64,000 nucleotides of DNA from a virus. Taxonomy: Duplodnaviria; Caudoviricetes. Where the stretch lies: the IMG/VR virus record IMGVR_UViG_3300043177_000122, positions 160,001 through 224,000 of that record; one strand, 5' to 3'. How positions within the stretch are numbered: position 1 is the stretch's first letter; every line of letters starts with the position of its first letter. Positions 28,512 to 37,727 of the stretch are shown here, piece after piece. The position numbers and the translations under genes were made by a program. The notes below the pieces were generated by a model. It was not told the origin of the DNA. It saw only the letters and a program-made list of their open reading frames with translations, and made no database searches.

Positions 28512-28779
28512 CAATAAGAAACTGGAAATGACAGATGATGAATGGGATATGTACCAAAAGATTTGTAAGTCTTATACAGATGTAACTGGTAAAGGCGAAG
28601 ATCTTTTTATGGATTTGTTTGAGACTAATGATGAAGGTATTATTATTTTTTTAAAACCTCCCGCTAAGAGAAGAACTAGTTTAGAAGTATTCTTATTTTT
28701 GATGTCATTAATGCAACACCAACATTTACGTTTAATGTATCAACAGATTGATGACGCCATTAAAGAAATCAAGAAGTAA
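28492..28779 (+). CDS. hypothetical protein
   Basis: 95-aa ORF. Confidence 0.75.
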   Translation: MAIRVVDNKKLEMTDDEWDMYQKICKSYTDVTGKGEDLFMDLFETNDEGIIIFLKPPAKRRTSLEVFLFLMSLMQHQHLRLMYQQIDDAIKEIKK

Positions 28780-28780
28780 A

Positions 28781-29035
28781 ATGGGACATTATTCCGAAAA
28801 GATAAGCAATAAAGATAAGCAATTTGTCAAAGATTTCATAATGGATAAAATATCTCATAAAATAGATGAGGCTTTAGCTAATTTAGAAAGTGCTTATGAT
28901 TACAACCATTTTTGTAATGAAATATGGATTGATAGTTTTCATGGTAGTTTTAAGCTACATTTTACGCCGGCCAATGAGATGAATGATGGGCAGAATTATT
29001 ATTTATCATTTGATTATTTTGGTCGTGGCAAATAA
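28781..29035 (+). CDS. hypothetical protein
   Basis: ATG 1 nt after the upstream stop. Confidence 0.65.
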   Translation: MGHYSEKISNKDKQFVKDFIMDKISHKIDEALANLESAYDYNHFCNEIWIDSFHGSFKLHFTPANEMNDGQNYYLSFDYFGRGK

Positions 29036-29088
29036 TTATTTGTCGAGAAAAAGTTCGGTTAATTCAATTATATAGGGGAAAGACAAAC

Positions 29089-29595
29089 ATGAGCCAACAA
29101 GTAAGACTCGGCGATGTTTTAGGTGCTAACCTTGAGGAAGACTTTAAGAATTTTGACCTTACGGAAATACAAAGTGTATTGGAACAATTAAGGGATGTAG
29201 ATGCTATTGATTTAGCACATGCAGAACTTTTACAACAAAAATCATTAAGAGGAGCAGATATTTTAGCAGATTATCTAGCTAAGATGGTAAAGACAGTAGC
29301 ATATCTAGAATCGAAAGTAAATAGTACAAAGAATAAAGTGTCCTTAGAATATGCGTCTCCTGATGGAGCGCGAACGACCGTGGACATGAAGAAATGGGCG
29401 GGAGAATCATCGCCCGAAGTCGAAGCAATACTAGTAAAATTAGCAGAAGCCAAAGGTGCTAAAATGGCCCTGGACCGAAAATACGAGATTTTGATCAAAG
29501 CTCACCACCATTTTAAAGACATTGCTGGCGGGCTCCGAAAGACGATCCTCGGTTATAGTTCAGGCACCGGCAACCCGCCAGGCGAGGGCTATTGA
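29089..29595 (+). CDS. coiled-coil protein, possibly UvsY-like recombination mediator
   Basis: All-helical 168 aa directly upstream of recA; function inferred from position and size only. Confidence 0.45.
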   Translation: MSQQVRLGDVLGANLEEDFKNFDLTEIQSVLEQLRDVDAIDLAHAELLQQKSLRGADILADYLAKMVKTVAYLESKVNSTKNKVSLEYASPDGARTTVDMKKWAGESSPEVEAILVKLAEAKGAKMALDRKYEILIKAHHHFKDIAGGLRKTILGYSSGTGNPPGEGY

Positions 29596-29606
29596 TAGGA
29601 GAAAAA

Positions 29607-30803
29607 ATGTCAGATGATAAAAAAAAGAAAGCCGATAAGCTAACCGCATTTTTCCGAAGCTTTGCAGAAGCAGACGCTCAGTTAGATGTTAGACTCGCCC
29701 ATGAAACTATTGGAGAAAAACTTCCTGTTATTTCATCTGGCTCTATGGTTCTTGACGATGCTTTGTCATCCGGTGGTTTACCAAAAGGCAGATTGATTCA
29801 GTATTATGGCGCCCCCGGCAGTGGCAAAACCCTAATGGCAATGCTGGCTATGAAAGAAGCGCAACTACAAGACCCAACATCTCAACAGATGTTCATTGAT
29901 GCAGAAGGCACATTCGATGCTAAGTGGGCAGAGATTCTTGGACTAGATGTCACTAGAATTATTGTTGTAGATGGTGAAACGGCCGTTATTGGTCGTAGCT
30001 GTTTTGAGATGATTCTTGGGGTTCCTAAGGAAGATAAAAAGACTCATGAGCTAGTCGGCAAATCTAAGCAAGGACTACTCGATATGATTATGGCGGGAGA
30101 ATTCAATATCAACATGGTTGTGTTGGATTCACTCGGCGCCATTATTCCACCAGGCGAAGATGTTTCGGTTGTTGGAAAGATGAATATGGCTTTACTTGCC
30201 AGATTCTTAACTACTACTTTCCGTAAGCTTTCTCTTGATGCAAATAGGGCAATGGTGCCATTTATTTTCATCAACCATAAGAAAGCCAATATGGATCCTT
30301 ATGGTGTAGACCACTCGTTTTCTGGCGGAAATACTTACGCTCACTTCTTGAGTGCTAACGTTTACTTTGAAGCGGTAGCTCGTGCAGATGCGCAAATCTT
30401 GGATGAAAAAGAGCAAAAGGTCGGACATACGATGCGTGCAACCATTGAAAAATCGAAGTTTGGCCCTTACCCTCGTAAGTGTGAATTCAAAGTAAACTTC
30501 GGAGTCGGCGTTATAGATAAGCATGAAGAAATTGCACAGCTAGCTTTAGATTACAACGTGGTCGTTAAGACCTCCACAGTATCTCATGAATATGGTGATA
30601 AGAAGTGGGTTGGATTTCCAAAGTTCTGTGAAGCTCTTAAAGATGATCCAGCTCTTGCGACTGAACTAGCTTTGAAGATTAGCCAGGCGCGTGAGCAAAA
30701 GTGGGAAACAGCTCGTAAGGAACAAGAGGCCAAGAAAAATGGCGTTACTGCTGATGAAGCTGGTATAGAAACAGAAGCAAAGAAGGGCAAGAAAGGTAAG
30801 TAA
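29607..30803 (+). CDS. recA: RecA/UvsX recombinase
   Basis: ISSGSMVLDDALSSGGLPKGR, GAPGSGKT, FIDAE, VVLDSLGA, IFINH, GG; GGAG RBS. Confidence 0.93.
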   Translation: MSDDKKKKADKLTAFFRSFAEADAQLDVRLAHETIGEKLPVISSGSMVLDDALSSGGLPKGRLIQYYGAPGSGKTLMAMLAMKEAQLQDPTSQQMFIDAEGTFDAKWAEILGLDVTRIIVVDGETAVIGRSCFEMILGVPKEDKKTHELVGKSKQGLLDMIMAGEFNINMVVLDSLGAIIPPGEDVSVVGKMNMALLARFLTTTFRKLSLDANRAMVPFIFINHKKANMDPYGVDHSFSGGNTYAHFLSANVYFEAVARADAQILDEKEQKVGHTMRATIEKSKFGPYPRKCEFKVNFGVGVIDKHEEIAQLALDYNVVVKTSTVSHEYGDKKWVGFPKFCEALKDDPALATELALKISQAREQKWETARKEQEAKKNGVTADEAGIETEAKKGKKGK

Positions 30804-30805
30804 TT

Positions 30806-31156
30806 ATGCCAATTGAGTTGGGTCCAAATAGTCTTTTAGGCGCTCAAGCTGCCTCCCTCAAGAAACCACCATTTTTAATTACATTAGAAGATGGTCTTTC
30901 TGGGAAGACTCGTAATTTTCAGAGATTTATTTCTTTGGATAAGCCTGAATCAATTAACGGTTTTGTCCAAGTCAAGGGAATTTTCTGTGATAAGGACGAA
31001 GAGGAAATAATCAAAACCTTTGCGGACATCTTGACAAATACTTCCAAAGAATTAATTTTGGAGATGATGTTTCCGCTACATAGAATTCATAGCATTAGAA
31101 GCTTAGTATTCAATGCTGTAAAGACTGTGACAGTTCCTAATAAAGAACAGAAGTAA
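30806..31156 (+). CDS. hypothetical protein
   Basis: 116-aa ORF. Confidence 0.72.
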   Translation: MPIELGPNSLLGAQAASLKKPPFLITLEDGLSGKTRNFQRFISLDKPESINGFVQVKGIFCDKDEEEIIKTFADILTNTSKELILEMMFPLHRIHSIRSLVFNAVKTVTVPNKEQK

Positions 31157-31174
31157 GATATTACGAATAGGAAA

Positions 31175-31465
31175 GTGAGTAATACAATGGTTAACGCGAA
31201 TGAAACAAATGAGGTGATTTTTCGTGGGGTCACCTCAGTAATAGAACAATCTGGAGGCATTTGGAAAGGAACGATGACAAATTTGACTACTGCTTTGAAC
31301 CGTGTTCTTAGTCAACGTCAGAGGACTCTTCTTCCTGGTTCACCAGGCGCCCTCAGAGTGGTGATTAACAGAATAGCTAATAGGCTACGTAATAGAGGTA
31401 TTGGAGTAAGATTTGGCCGTACCACTGACCACACCCGCACTCGCTACGTACGATTTACACACTAA
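31175..31465 (+). CDS. basic winged-helix-like protein
   Basis: WKGTMTNL...PGSPGALRVVINRIANRLRNRGIGVRFGR; resembles C-terminal wHTH of primase/helicase-type replication proteins (from memory). Confidence 0.55.
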   Translation: MSNTMVNANETNEVIFRGVTSVIEQSGGIWKGTMTNLTTALNRVLSQRQRTLLPGSPGALRVVINRIANRLRNRGIGVRFGRTTDHTRTRYVRFTH

Positions 31466-31549
31466 TGTGATAGAAAATACGATCGATTGTTTTTGTTAAG
31501 TAGATAAACGTACTATAAGTACAAAATAGAATAACATTTGGAGATCAAA

Positions 31550-32269
31550 ATGAGTACATTCGGTGAAGTATCTTGGAATGATGATGTGTTCCCAGGCGAT
31601 AACAAGAAGCAAACAAACAGCAAAGACCTCTTTCTTCGTTTAGATGAGGGCCCGAACGAAATCCGTATTCTGACCCAACCATACCAGTACTTGGTTCATA
31701 AGTACAAGAAAGAAGGTGACAACGGTTTCGGACAGAAAGTTCAGTGTTCTGCAATTCATGGAAGCTGCCCTCTCTGTGCGGATGGCGACAAGGCTAAGCC
31801 GCGTTGGTTACTAGGAGTTATTAGTCGTAAGACTGGTACCTACAAGATTTTGGACATCTCTTTTGCTGTGTTTTCACAGATTAGAAAATATAACAAAAAT
31901 CCAAGATTTGGTGATCCAACTAAGTATGACATCAACATTGAAGTTGATAAGAACGGCGGTGCCACTGGATACTACAGTGTTCAAGCCTTGCCAAAGGAAC
32001 CACTATCAGCCGCTGACCAAGTAATTAAGGACAGCATTGACTTTGATGACCTGAAGCGCAGAGTCACTCCACCTACTCCTGAAAAAGTTCAGGCTAGATT
32101 GGACAAAATCAATGGTGTAACGACCAGCGGTGCACCTGCAACTTCTGCTCCGGCTCCTGCCGCTGTAAAGAAGAGCACCAAGGCTGCCGCTCCAGCCGTC
32201 AGCATGACTGATGATGAAGAACTAGACAAAACTTTCCCTGACTATGAAGGTGAAGACGCCCAGTCCTAA
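31550..32269 (+). CDS. single-stranded DNA-binding protein (T4 gp32-like)
   Basis: LRLDEG.NEIRIL, C...CPLC zinc site, GDP..YDINI, acidic tail DYEGEDAQS; between recA and resolvase. Confidence 0.75.
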   Translation: MSTFGEVSWNDDVFPGDNKKQTNSKDLFLRLDEGPNEIRILTQPYQYLVHKYKKEGDNGFGQKVQCSAIHGSCPLCADGDKAKPRWLLGVISRKTGTYKILDISFAVFSQIRKYNKNPRFGDPTKYDINIEVDKNGGATGYYSVQALPKEPLSAADQVIKDSIDFDDLKRRVTPPTPEKVQARLDKINGVTTSGAPATSAPAPAAVKKSTKAAAPAVSMTDDEELDKTFPDYEGEDAQS

Positions 32270-32291
32270 ATCTATCACTCCCTAGATAGTT

Positions 32292-32330
32292 GAAAGACCC
32301 ATAACCAATTTGGTTATGGGTCTTTCTGTT
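32292..32330 (+). terminator. intrinsic terminator after SSB
   Basis: Perfect 16-bp stem GAAAGACCCATAACCA-att-TGGTTATGGGTCTTTC followed by TGTTTT. Confidence 0.85.
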
Positions 32331-32351
32331 TTATTGGATATATTACCAAGT

Positions 32352-32924
32352 ATGGCTAAAACTATACTTGGCTTTGACGCCTCTTCTACTACTATTGGTT
32401 ATTCTATATTAAGTTGGGATGAAACAACAAATAATATTTCTTTTGTAAAAGCTGGATATATCAAGCCCAAAAAGAAAGGTTCTATTATCGAAAGGATAGT
32501 AGATACCAGAAATCAAGTTCAAAGGGTCATCGTAGCTGCTCAGCCAGATTATATCTCTATTGAAGAGATAATTCAGTTTATGAAAGGTAAGAGTACTGCT
32601 AAGACTATTATCATGTTAACTACTTTTAATAGGATGATTTGTCTAACTGCTTATGATTATCTTGGTAAGGAACCTACTCTTTATAGTGTTATGACAATTC
32701 GTCATGGGCTAAAGACGGGTAAAGATTTACCAAAAAAAGAAGAAATGCCGGCCCTTGTCGCCCAACATTTAGGAATTACGTTTCCCTATGAGTATAATAA
32801 GAAGGGCAGTATTAAGGTCGAAAGCTACGATAAAGCTGACGGCATTGCAGTTGGCCTGTATCATACGCTTGCTTTAGCGGGCAAGGTAAAGACTAAAGGA
32901 AAGCCTAAGGGTAAGAAAAAATGA
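32352..32924 (+). CDS. RuvC-like Holliday junction resolvase
   Basis: ILGFDASSTTIGYS, YISIEE, DKADGIAVG acidic triad pattern. Confidence 0.8.
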   Translation: MAKTILGFDASSTTIGYSILSWDETTNNISFVKAGYIKPKKKGSIIERIVDTRNQVQRVIVAAQPDYISIEEIIQFMKGKSTAKTIIMLTTFNRMICLTAYDYLGKEPTLYSVMTIRHGLKTGKDLPKKEEMPALVAQHLGITFPYEYNKKGSIKVESYDKADGIAVGLYHTLALAGKVKTKGKPKGKKK

Positions 32925-33844
32925 AGCGTGCAGAAGCCTATTCAATCCTAGAAATATCAGAAGCCTCTTCGGTGGAGGACGCCAAAAAAGCGTTTCGTCA
33001 ACTTTCTAAAAAGTATCACCCAGATAATAAAGATACCGGCTCTGAAGAAAAATTTAAGAAGATTAATGAAGCTTATCAGTCTATTTCCAATAATAAGTTC
33101 GATGATACTCCACAACGCCAAAATGGTTTTGGTGGGTTTCATCGCCAACAAGTTGTTCATTTAGAGAATGTAGAAACAAATATTACTATTTCTTTTAAGG
33201 AGTCTGTTTTGGGCTGCAAGAAAGAACTTCAGTTTGATCGTCAAACCAAATGTCGTAACTGTAATGGACAGGGAGAAGTTAGGATAAACAACGGCTGTAA
33301 GAAGTGCGGTGGTCGTGGACAAGTAACTAGTCGACAGGGTAATATGATTGTTATGTCGACCTGTGATGAGTGCTATGGCCGCTCTAATGTAGAAGGATGT
33401 AATATTTGTAGTGGTTATGGTACCGTTCAGGCACGCGCATCTGTACACGTGACTGTGCCTGCGGGCACTACTAATGGTAGTACATTACGATTACCTGGTA
33501 TGGGGAATTTTGCAGGCTCTTTTATGGGGTTGGCAGATCAGCATACTGATGTATTTTTGCATGTTACTGTCACTCCAGACAGTGATTTAACGTTAAATGG
33601 TCAACATGTAATAAGTTATCTCACTATTTCGTTATTAGATGCTTTACAAGGATGCAGTCGTAAAGTAAAAACTATTCATGGAGAAAAAGAAATACAAGTT
33701 AAACCACAGTCCCGTAATCGTGATGAGGTAATTATACCCCATCATGGAGTAGCTAACGCAGGTGATCAAAAGGTCATTTTAGATGTTGAATATCCAAAGA
33801 ACACTGATAAATTGATTGGCGTTCTTCTAGATGAGGTAATATAA
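32921..33844 (+). CDS. dnaJ: DnaJ chaperone (type A, short G/F region)
   Basis: J-domain KYHPD, four CxxCxGxG-type repeats, C-terminal beta domain. Confidence 0.93.
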   Translation: MKRAEAYSILEISEASSVEDAKKAFRQLSKKYHPDNKDTGSEEKFKKINEAYQSISNNKFDDTPQRQNGFGGFHRQQVVHLENVETNITISFKESVLGCKKELQFDRQTKCRNCNGQGEVRINNGCKKCGGRGQVTSRQGNMIVMSTCDECYGRSNVEGCNICSGYGTVQARASVHVTVPAGTTNGSTLRLPGMGNFAGSFMGLADQHTDVFLHVTVTPDSDLTLNGQHVISYLTISLLDALQGCSRKVKTIHGEKEIQVKPQSRNRDEVIIPHHGVANAGDQKVILDVEYPKNTDKLIGVLLDEVI

Positions 33845-34191
33845 TGCCATTCGCAATGTTTTGTCAACACAAGGGATGTAAAGGAACCGTGGATCAAATG
33901 GAGCCATATTTGGATCCTAAAACAGATAAGGTGTATTGCAATACGTGCGATCAAGAGCTACCAAATATTACGCACTTTGTCAAAGTTCAAATGAAAACTT
34001 TGAAACAATTTAGACAAAAACAAGCTATTGCATTCGGAGTTAAGTGTCAAAAATGTGAAAAAGAGGCGCAGCCAAAGGTGGTCAATGACGATATAGTGTG
34101 CCCAGGATGTGCTCAGCCTCATGACCATTTAAGTGATACTTTCAAAAGAATGTTGAAAGATAAGCTCCGTACTGCCAATAAAGAGTTGTAA
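33844..34191 (+). CDS. double zinc-ribbon protein
   Basis: CQHKGC, CNTC, CQKC, CPGC; abuts primase gene. Confidence 0.75.
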   Translation: MPFAMFCQHKGCKGTVDQMEPYLDPKTDKVYCNTCDQELPNITHFVKVQMKTLKQFRQKQAIAFGVKCQKCEKEAQPKVVNDDIVCPGCAQPHDHLSDTFKRMLKDKLRTANKEL

Positions 34192-34956
34192 ATGCTAGAA
34201 AAGATAGTTGAATCATGTCGGTTTCTGTTGAATAACTATCCGGATGCTCGACCAAGTAAGTCCTATCTCGATTTGCGTTTAAACGATAAAAGTCAGGAAA
34301 TTTTCCAGTTTGGTTATTTCCCAGGCGTACAGAATATCTCTGTGTTGGCTGACTTAGTAGGGGAAGAAACTCTTACAAATGAAAAACTTCTCTTTACTAA
34401 AGAAATAGAAGATTCACTCTTCCCTCGCAAGGTACAGTCTTGTTATTTTGAAGATTATCCGCTAGTTATGCCATTTCGAGATCAGTATGGCAAAGTAGCT
34501 GGAATAGTAGGGCGCACTATTCTATCAGATAAAGAGCAAAAAGAAAAAGGAATATCTAAATACAAAAATACTAAGTTTGAGAAGGGCAATTTACTTTTTG
34601 GACTTTATGAGAATAAGCGTCATATTTTAGAGCGGAATTGTGTTTACATCGTAGAAGGTCAAATAGATGTAATTAAGGCGTCTGAGATAGGATTTAGAAA
34701 TATTGTTGCTTTAGGTAATTCTAATATGACTTCCTATCAATTTTCAGTCATTAACAGATACTCCAATAACATATTTTTGCTATTGGATAATGATGAAGCT
34801 GGCCAAAAGGGGAGGAAACGAATAGTTAATAAGTTTGGGCAGTTTGCCAACATTCATAATTTATACTTACCAGACGACTACAAAGATATAGATGAATACA
34901 TCACTAAGGGAGGAATTAGTGATTACGGAGAGCTATCTTTTGGCGTCAAAGATTGA
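34192..34956 (+). CDS. dnaG: DnaG-type primase catalytic core (no zinc-binding domain)
   Basis: LVMPFRDQYG..AGIVGR, KYKNT, LFGLYE, VEGQID, LLLDNDEAGQKG, KDIDE. Confidence 0.9.
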   Translation: MLEKIVESCRFLLNNYPDARPSKSYLDLRLNDKSQEIFQFGYFPGVQNISVLADLVGEETLTNEKLLFTKEIEDSLFPRKVQSCYFEDYPLVMPFRDQYGKVAGIVGRTILSDKEQKEKGISKYKNTKFEKGNLLFGLYENKRHILERNCVYIVEGQIDVIKASEIGFRNIVALGNSNMTSYQFSVINRYSNNIFLLLDNDEAGQKGRKRIVNKFGQFANIHNLYLPDDYKDIDEYITKGGISDYGELSFGVKD

Positions 34957-35032
34957 AATTTCTTAGGAAATTTTCATCTTTCCTCTATTGATATATTGTG
35001 ATTGTGTCTTTTACTATATCTAGGGGTCAAAG

Positions 35033-35473
35033 ATGGAACGTAGAAAGAATCGTAGCGACAAATACCAGTGGGTTTTATTAGAAACAGTTTGCTCAAATGA
35101 CATGATGGAAGCATTTTGTAATGAGGATAGTATCTCTGCAAGGTTGAATCCATTTGAGTACAACGAAGATTTAATTGAGTTGGAAGAGCAGCTCAAGAAA
35201 GAGTTTTGGAGAGTCGTAGATACGCTACTGACCCCAAGACAAAGAGAAGTAATTAGACTTTATGCAGATGGCTATACTCAAATGGAGATAGCTAAGATGC
35301 TAAATGTGAACCAAAGTTCAATAACGAAGTCGCTTAACGGGAACGTAGATTATAAGAATGGAAAGAAAATATACGGCGGTGCTCGCAAAAAGATTAGAAA
35401 GATAATCGAAAACGACGATAAGATAAAAGACATCTTACAGAAGATGGCGGAGTGTCGTGACGAAAAATGGTAA
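35033..35473 (+). CDS. sigma-70 region 4/LuxR-like HTH protein, candidate transcription regulator
   Basis: LLTPRQREVIRLYADGYTQMEIAKMLNVNQSSITKSL; no region 2 visible. Confidence 0.8.
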   Translation: MERRKNRSDKYQWVLLETVCSNDMMEAFCNEDSISARLNPFEYNEDLIELEEQLKKEFWRVVDTLLTPRQREVIRLYADGYTQMEIAKMLNVNQSSITKSLNGNVDYKNGKKIYGGARKKIRKIIENDDKIKDILQKMAECRDEKW

Positions 35474-35648
35474 CCATGGAAAATTTACAGGCAAAACCTG
35501 AAAAATCATTGATAGAAAGAGGGTTTGGCTTGATAAATAGGGTAATATTCTGAAATCTACGTAGTAGGTATACCACTAATAAAGTGCAGAATTAGTATCA
35601 ATATTACTCTATTTAAGGTAGAGTACGTTCTGTTCAATGGGAGACACG

Positions 35649-36110
35649 ATGCCAAAATATTCGTTAGATTACTCAAAGTTGGCCAATCAGATTACAAAGA
35701 AGGCTTATCGTCTTTCTGATGTGAAAGATCAGCTAGAGACTGTGGCTTTTGATGTGGTTAGATTTAAGGATGGCGATAAGGGTGCTGACCTCTGGCAAAT
35801 CCAGAGCGCAGATGATGGTGATTACATTGTGGCTCTTTATGATGATGAAGTCGAAAAGACCGCTTCTACCAATCCTTGGGGCGTTTACGTTTCTAAGAAT
35901 GGACATGATGTGCAAATTTCTTACAAGGGCGATCCTCTTGTAAGATTTGCTGCATCTAAACTGGGAATTCCAAGCTCTGAGTTACATAAGGCTGAACAGT
36001 ACCTACCAGAGAAGCTTGCCACCAACAAGAAGCTCGTCAAAGCTCTTTTGAGTGAGCTAAGTGAGACGGCTAGACTAGAGGTATCCAAGAGATACCCAGA
36101 ACTGGTATAA
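35649..36110 (+). CDS. hypothetical protein, first gene of the virion module
   Basis: GGGAG RBS; KKAY and KTAS motifs. Confidence 0.75.
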   Translation: MPKYSLDYSKLANQITKKAYRLSDVKDQLETVAFDVVRFKDGDKGADLWQIQSADDGDYIVALYDDEVEKTASTNPWGVYVSKNGHDVQISYKGDPLVRFAASKLGIPSSELHKAEQYLPEKLATNKKLVKALLSELSETARLEVSKRYPELV

Positions 36111-36125
36111 TAGAATAGGTGTTCA

Positions 36126-37724
36126 ATGAGCCTTGGTAAAATACATCAACTAGTAGGTACCTTAGCAAAAGCGGTAGATGGCAATCAAAAAATTGCCACT
36201 CCAATTTTGGCTGCCAAATTGGCAAGATACGTTGAAGCTTATCCTCAAGATAAAACTATCGGCGCTATGTCCCGAGTTATTAGCAAGATGGCTAGCAACA
36301 ATACAAATTTTATTCGTAAAGCTGAGCTAAATTCTCTTTACGGGAAATTGTATCAGCACGGCACTAAGTTTGCCGAGTTATTTACAGATGAGCTTGGAGA
36401 AACGGCCGAGCCAGAAATTACTACTTATCAGCGTGATGAAGCTGTAAAACCTGTTGATTATCGTGCTGGTGATCAGGTTTTGGCTAATGCTTTAGAGAGT
36501 GTTTTTGACAAGCATGCTCCGCTCAAAATGTACTCACAGCCAATTGCTGAAAAAGCAATGAAGTCGGTTGGCACTACTTTAGATGCTTGGAATTTGAAGC
36601 CATCTCGCCTTGCAATTAGTGATGGTAATGATAAATTCATTGTAATCAAAGCAGATTATGAGACTCCAAAAGGTGTTACTTCATTCTATGTTCCAGTAGA
36701 AGTTAATAAAAATGATGTTATTGAGCCGGAAGTTTTTATGGGTAATACTGGCCCAGAAGATTTGAATCACACCACAATTAAAGCTTATATTACTCAACAA
36801 GCAGGTTCTAAGACTAAAGTTGGTGCTACCGATATTCTAACTGCGTTAACTCATGCGGCTAGTGGCAAACGTGAAATTTCTGCTGCTGAATTAGCCGTTA
36901 TTCGCATGAATGCTGAGCGTGCTGGTCAATCTGAATTTTTCCAAGGACAAGTTGTTGGGCTAAAAGTTGAAGCCGCTCCAAAAAAAGATGTTTCTCTTCC
37001 TAAGTCTGATGAGTTTATGTCATTTGAAGACAAATTTACTACTCCGCAAGGGCTTGCATCTTGGAGATTTGGTGTAGAAAAAGTAAGCGCTGCTAGGGCT
37101 CATGTTTCTCGCGAACTACAGTCTATGGGATTTACTAATCACCAAGTGGTAATTGCTGGTAATGATGAAAGTACTATTCATGTTGGCGTTTCTCTAGAAA
37201 CTGGCAAAGTTGCTTTTATGGTGCCTGTTAAGGTTGCAAATGACAAGTTACAGAAACCAACAGTTATGTTATGCAATGGCTCTCTTGCCTCTTTTGATAA
37301 GAAAGGCATTAACAATTTAGTTTCAGAAAACAAGACTGATTCTAAAATGGCTGCAGTTGCATCTAATATGTCTACTCTAAAGCCAAGTGAAATTGTCAAT
37401 AATTTGCGTCAGGCGCTAGCAGAAGAAAATTACGCTAAGGCAGAAGATGCGCTTAACGTTCTTAAGAATGCAGGTGATGAGAAAGCATATGCTTTAGCAT
37501 TCAATCTTTATATGACTGGTTTGTCTGGTGTTAAAACTGCTGAGACACAATGTTCTAAGATGATTAAGAGCGCGAATAGTGAGCACCCAATTTGTTCTCA
37601 CACTGGTCTACCAGTTAATAAAGTATACCAAGATAAGAATGGATACTGTCGCCCACTATATCGTAAAGGTATGGATGAGACTTATGAAGGAGCTTCCTTT
37701 ATTAACGCCAAGATTTTTGGGTGA
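36126..37724 (+). CDS. hypothetical 532-aa protein (probable virion component)
   Basis: Long ORF with internal DxxTPxGxxxF.VPV-like duplication (DYETPKGVTSFYVPVEV vs SLETGKVAFMVPVKV) and C-terminal Cys cluster. Confidence 0.75.
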   Translation: MSLGKIHQLVGTLAKAVDGNQKIATPILAAKLARYVEAYPQDKTIGAMSRVISKMASNNTNFIRKAELNSLYGKLYQHGTKFAELFTDELGETAEPEITTYQRDEAVKPVDYRAGDQVLANALESVFDKHAPLKMYSQPIAEKAMKSVGTTLDAWNLKPSRLAISDGNDKFIVIKADYETPKGVTSFYVPVEVNKNDVIEPEVFMGNTGPEDLNHTTIKAYITQQAGSKTKVGATDILTALTHAASGKREISAAELAVIRMNAERAGQSEFFQGQVVGLKVEAAPKKDVSLPKSDEFMSFEDKFTTPQGLASWRFGVEKVSAARAHVSRELQSMGFTNHQVVIAGNDESTIHVGVSLETGKVAFMVPVKVANDKLQKPTVMLCNGSLASFDKKGINNLVSENKTDSKMAAVASNMSTLKPSEIVNNLRQALAEENYAKAEDALNVLKNAGDEKAYALAFNLYMTGLSGVKTAETQCSKMIKSANSEHPICSHTGLPVNKVYQDKNGYCRPLYRKGMDETYEGASFINAKIFG

Positions 37725-37727
37725 GCA

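Noticed and set aside
36126-37724. Major capsid protein assignment
   Set aside because: Size fits but I recognise no HK97-fold sequence features; needs HHpred/Foldseek. The capsid gene may lie outside the window.
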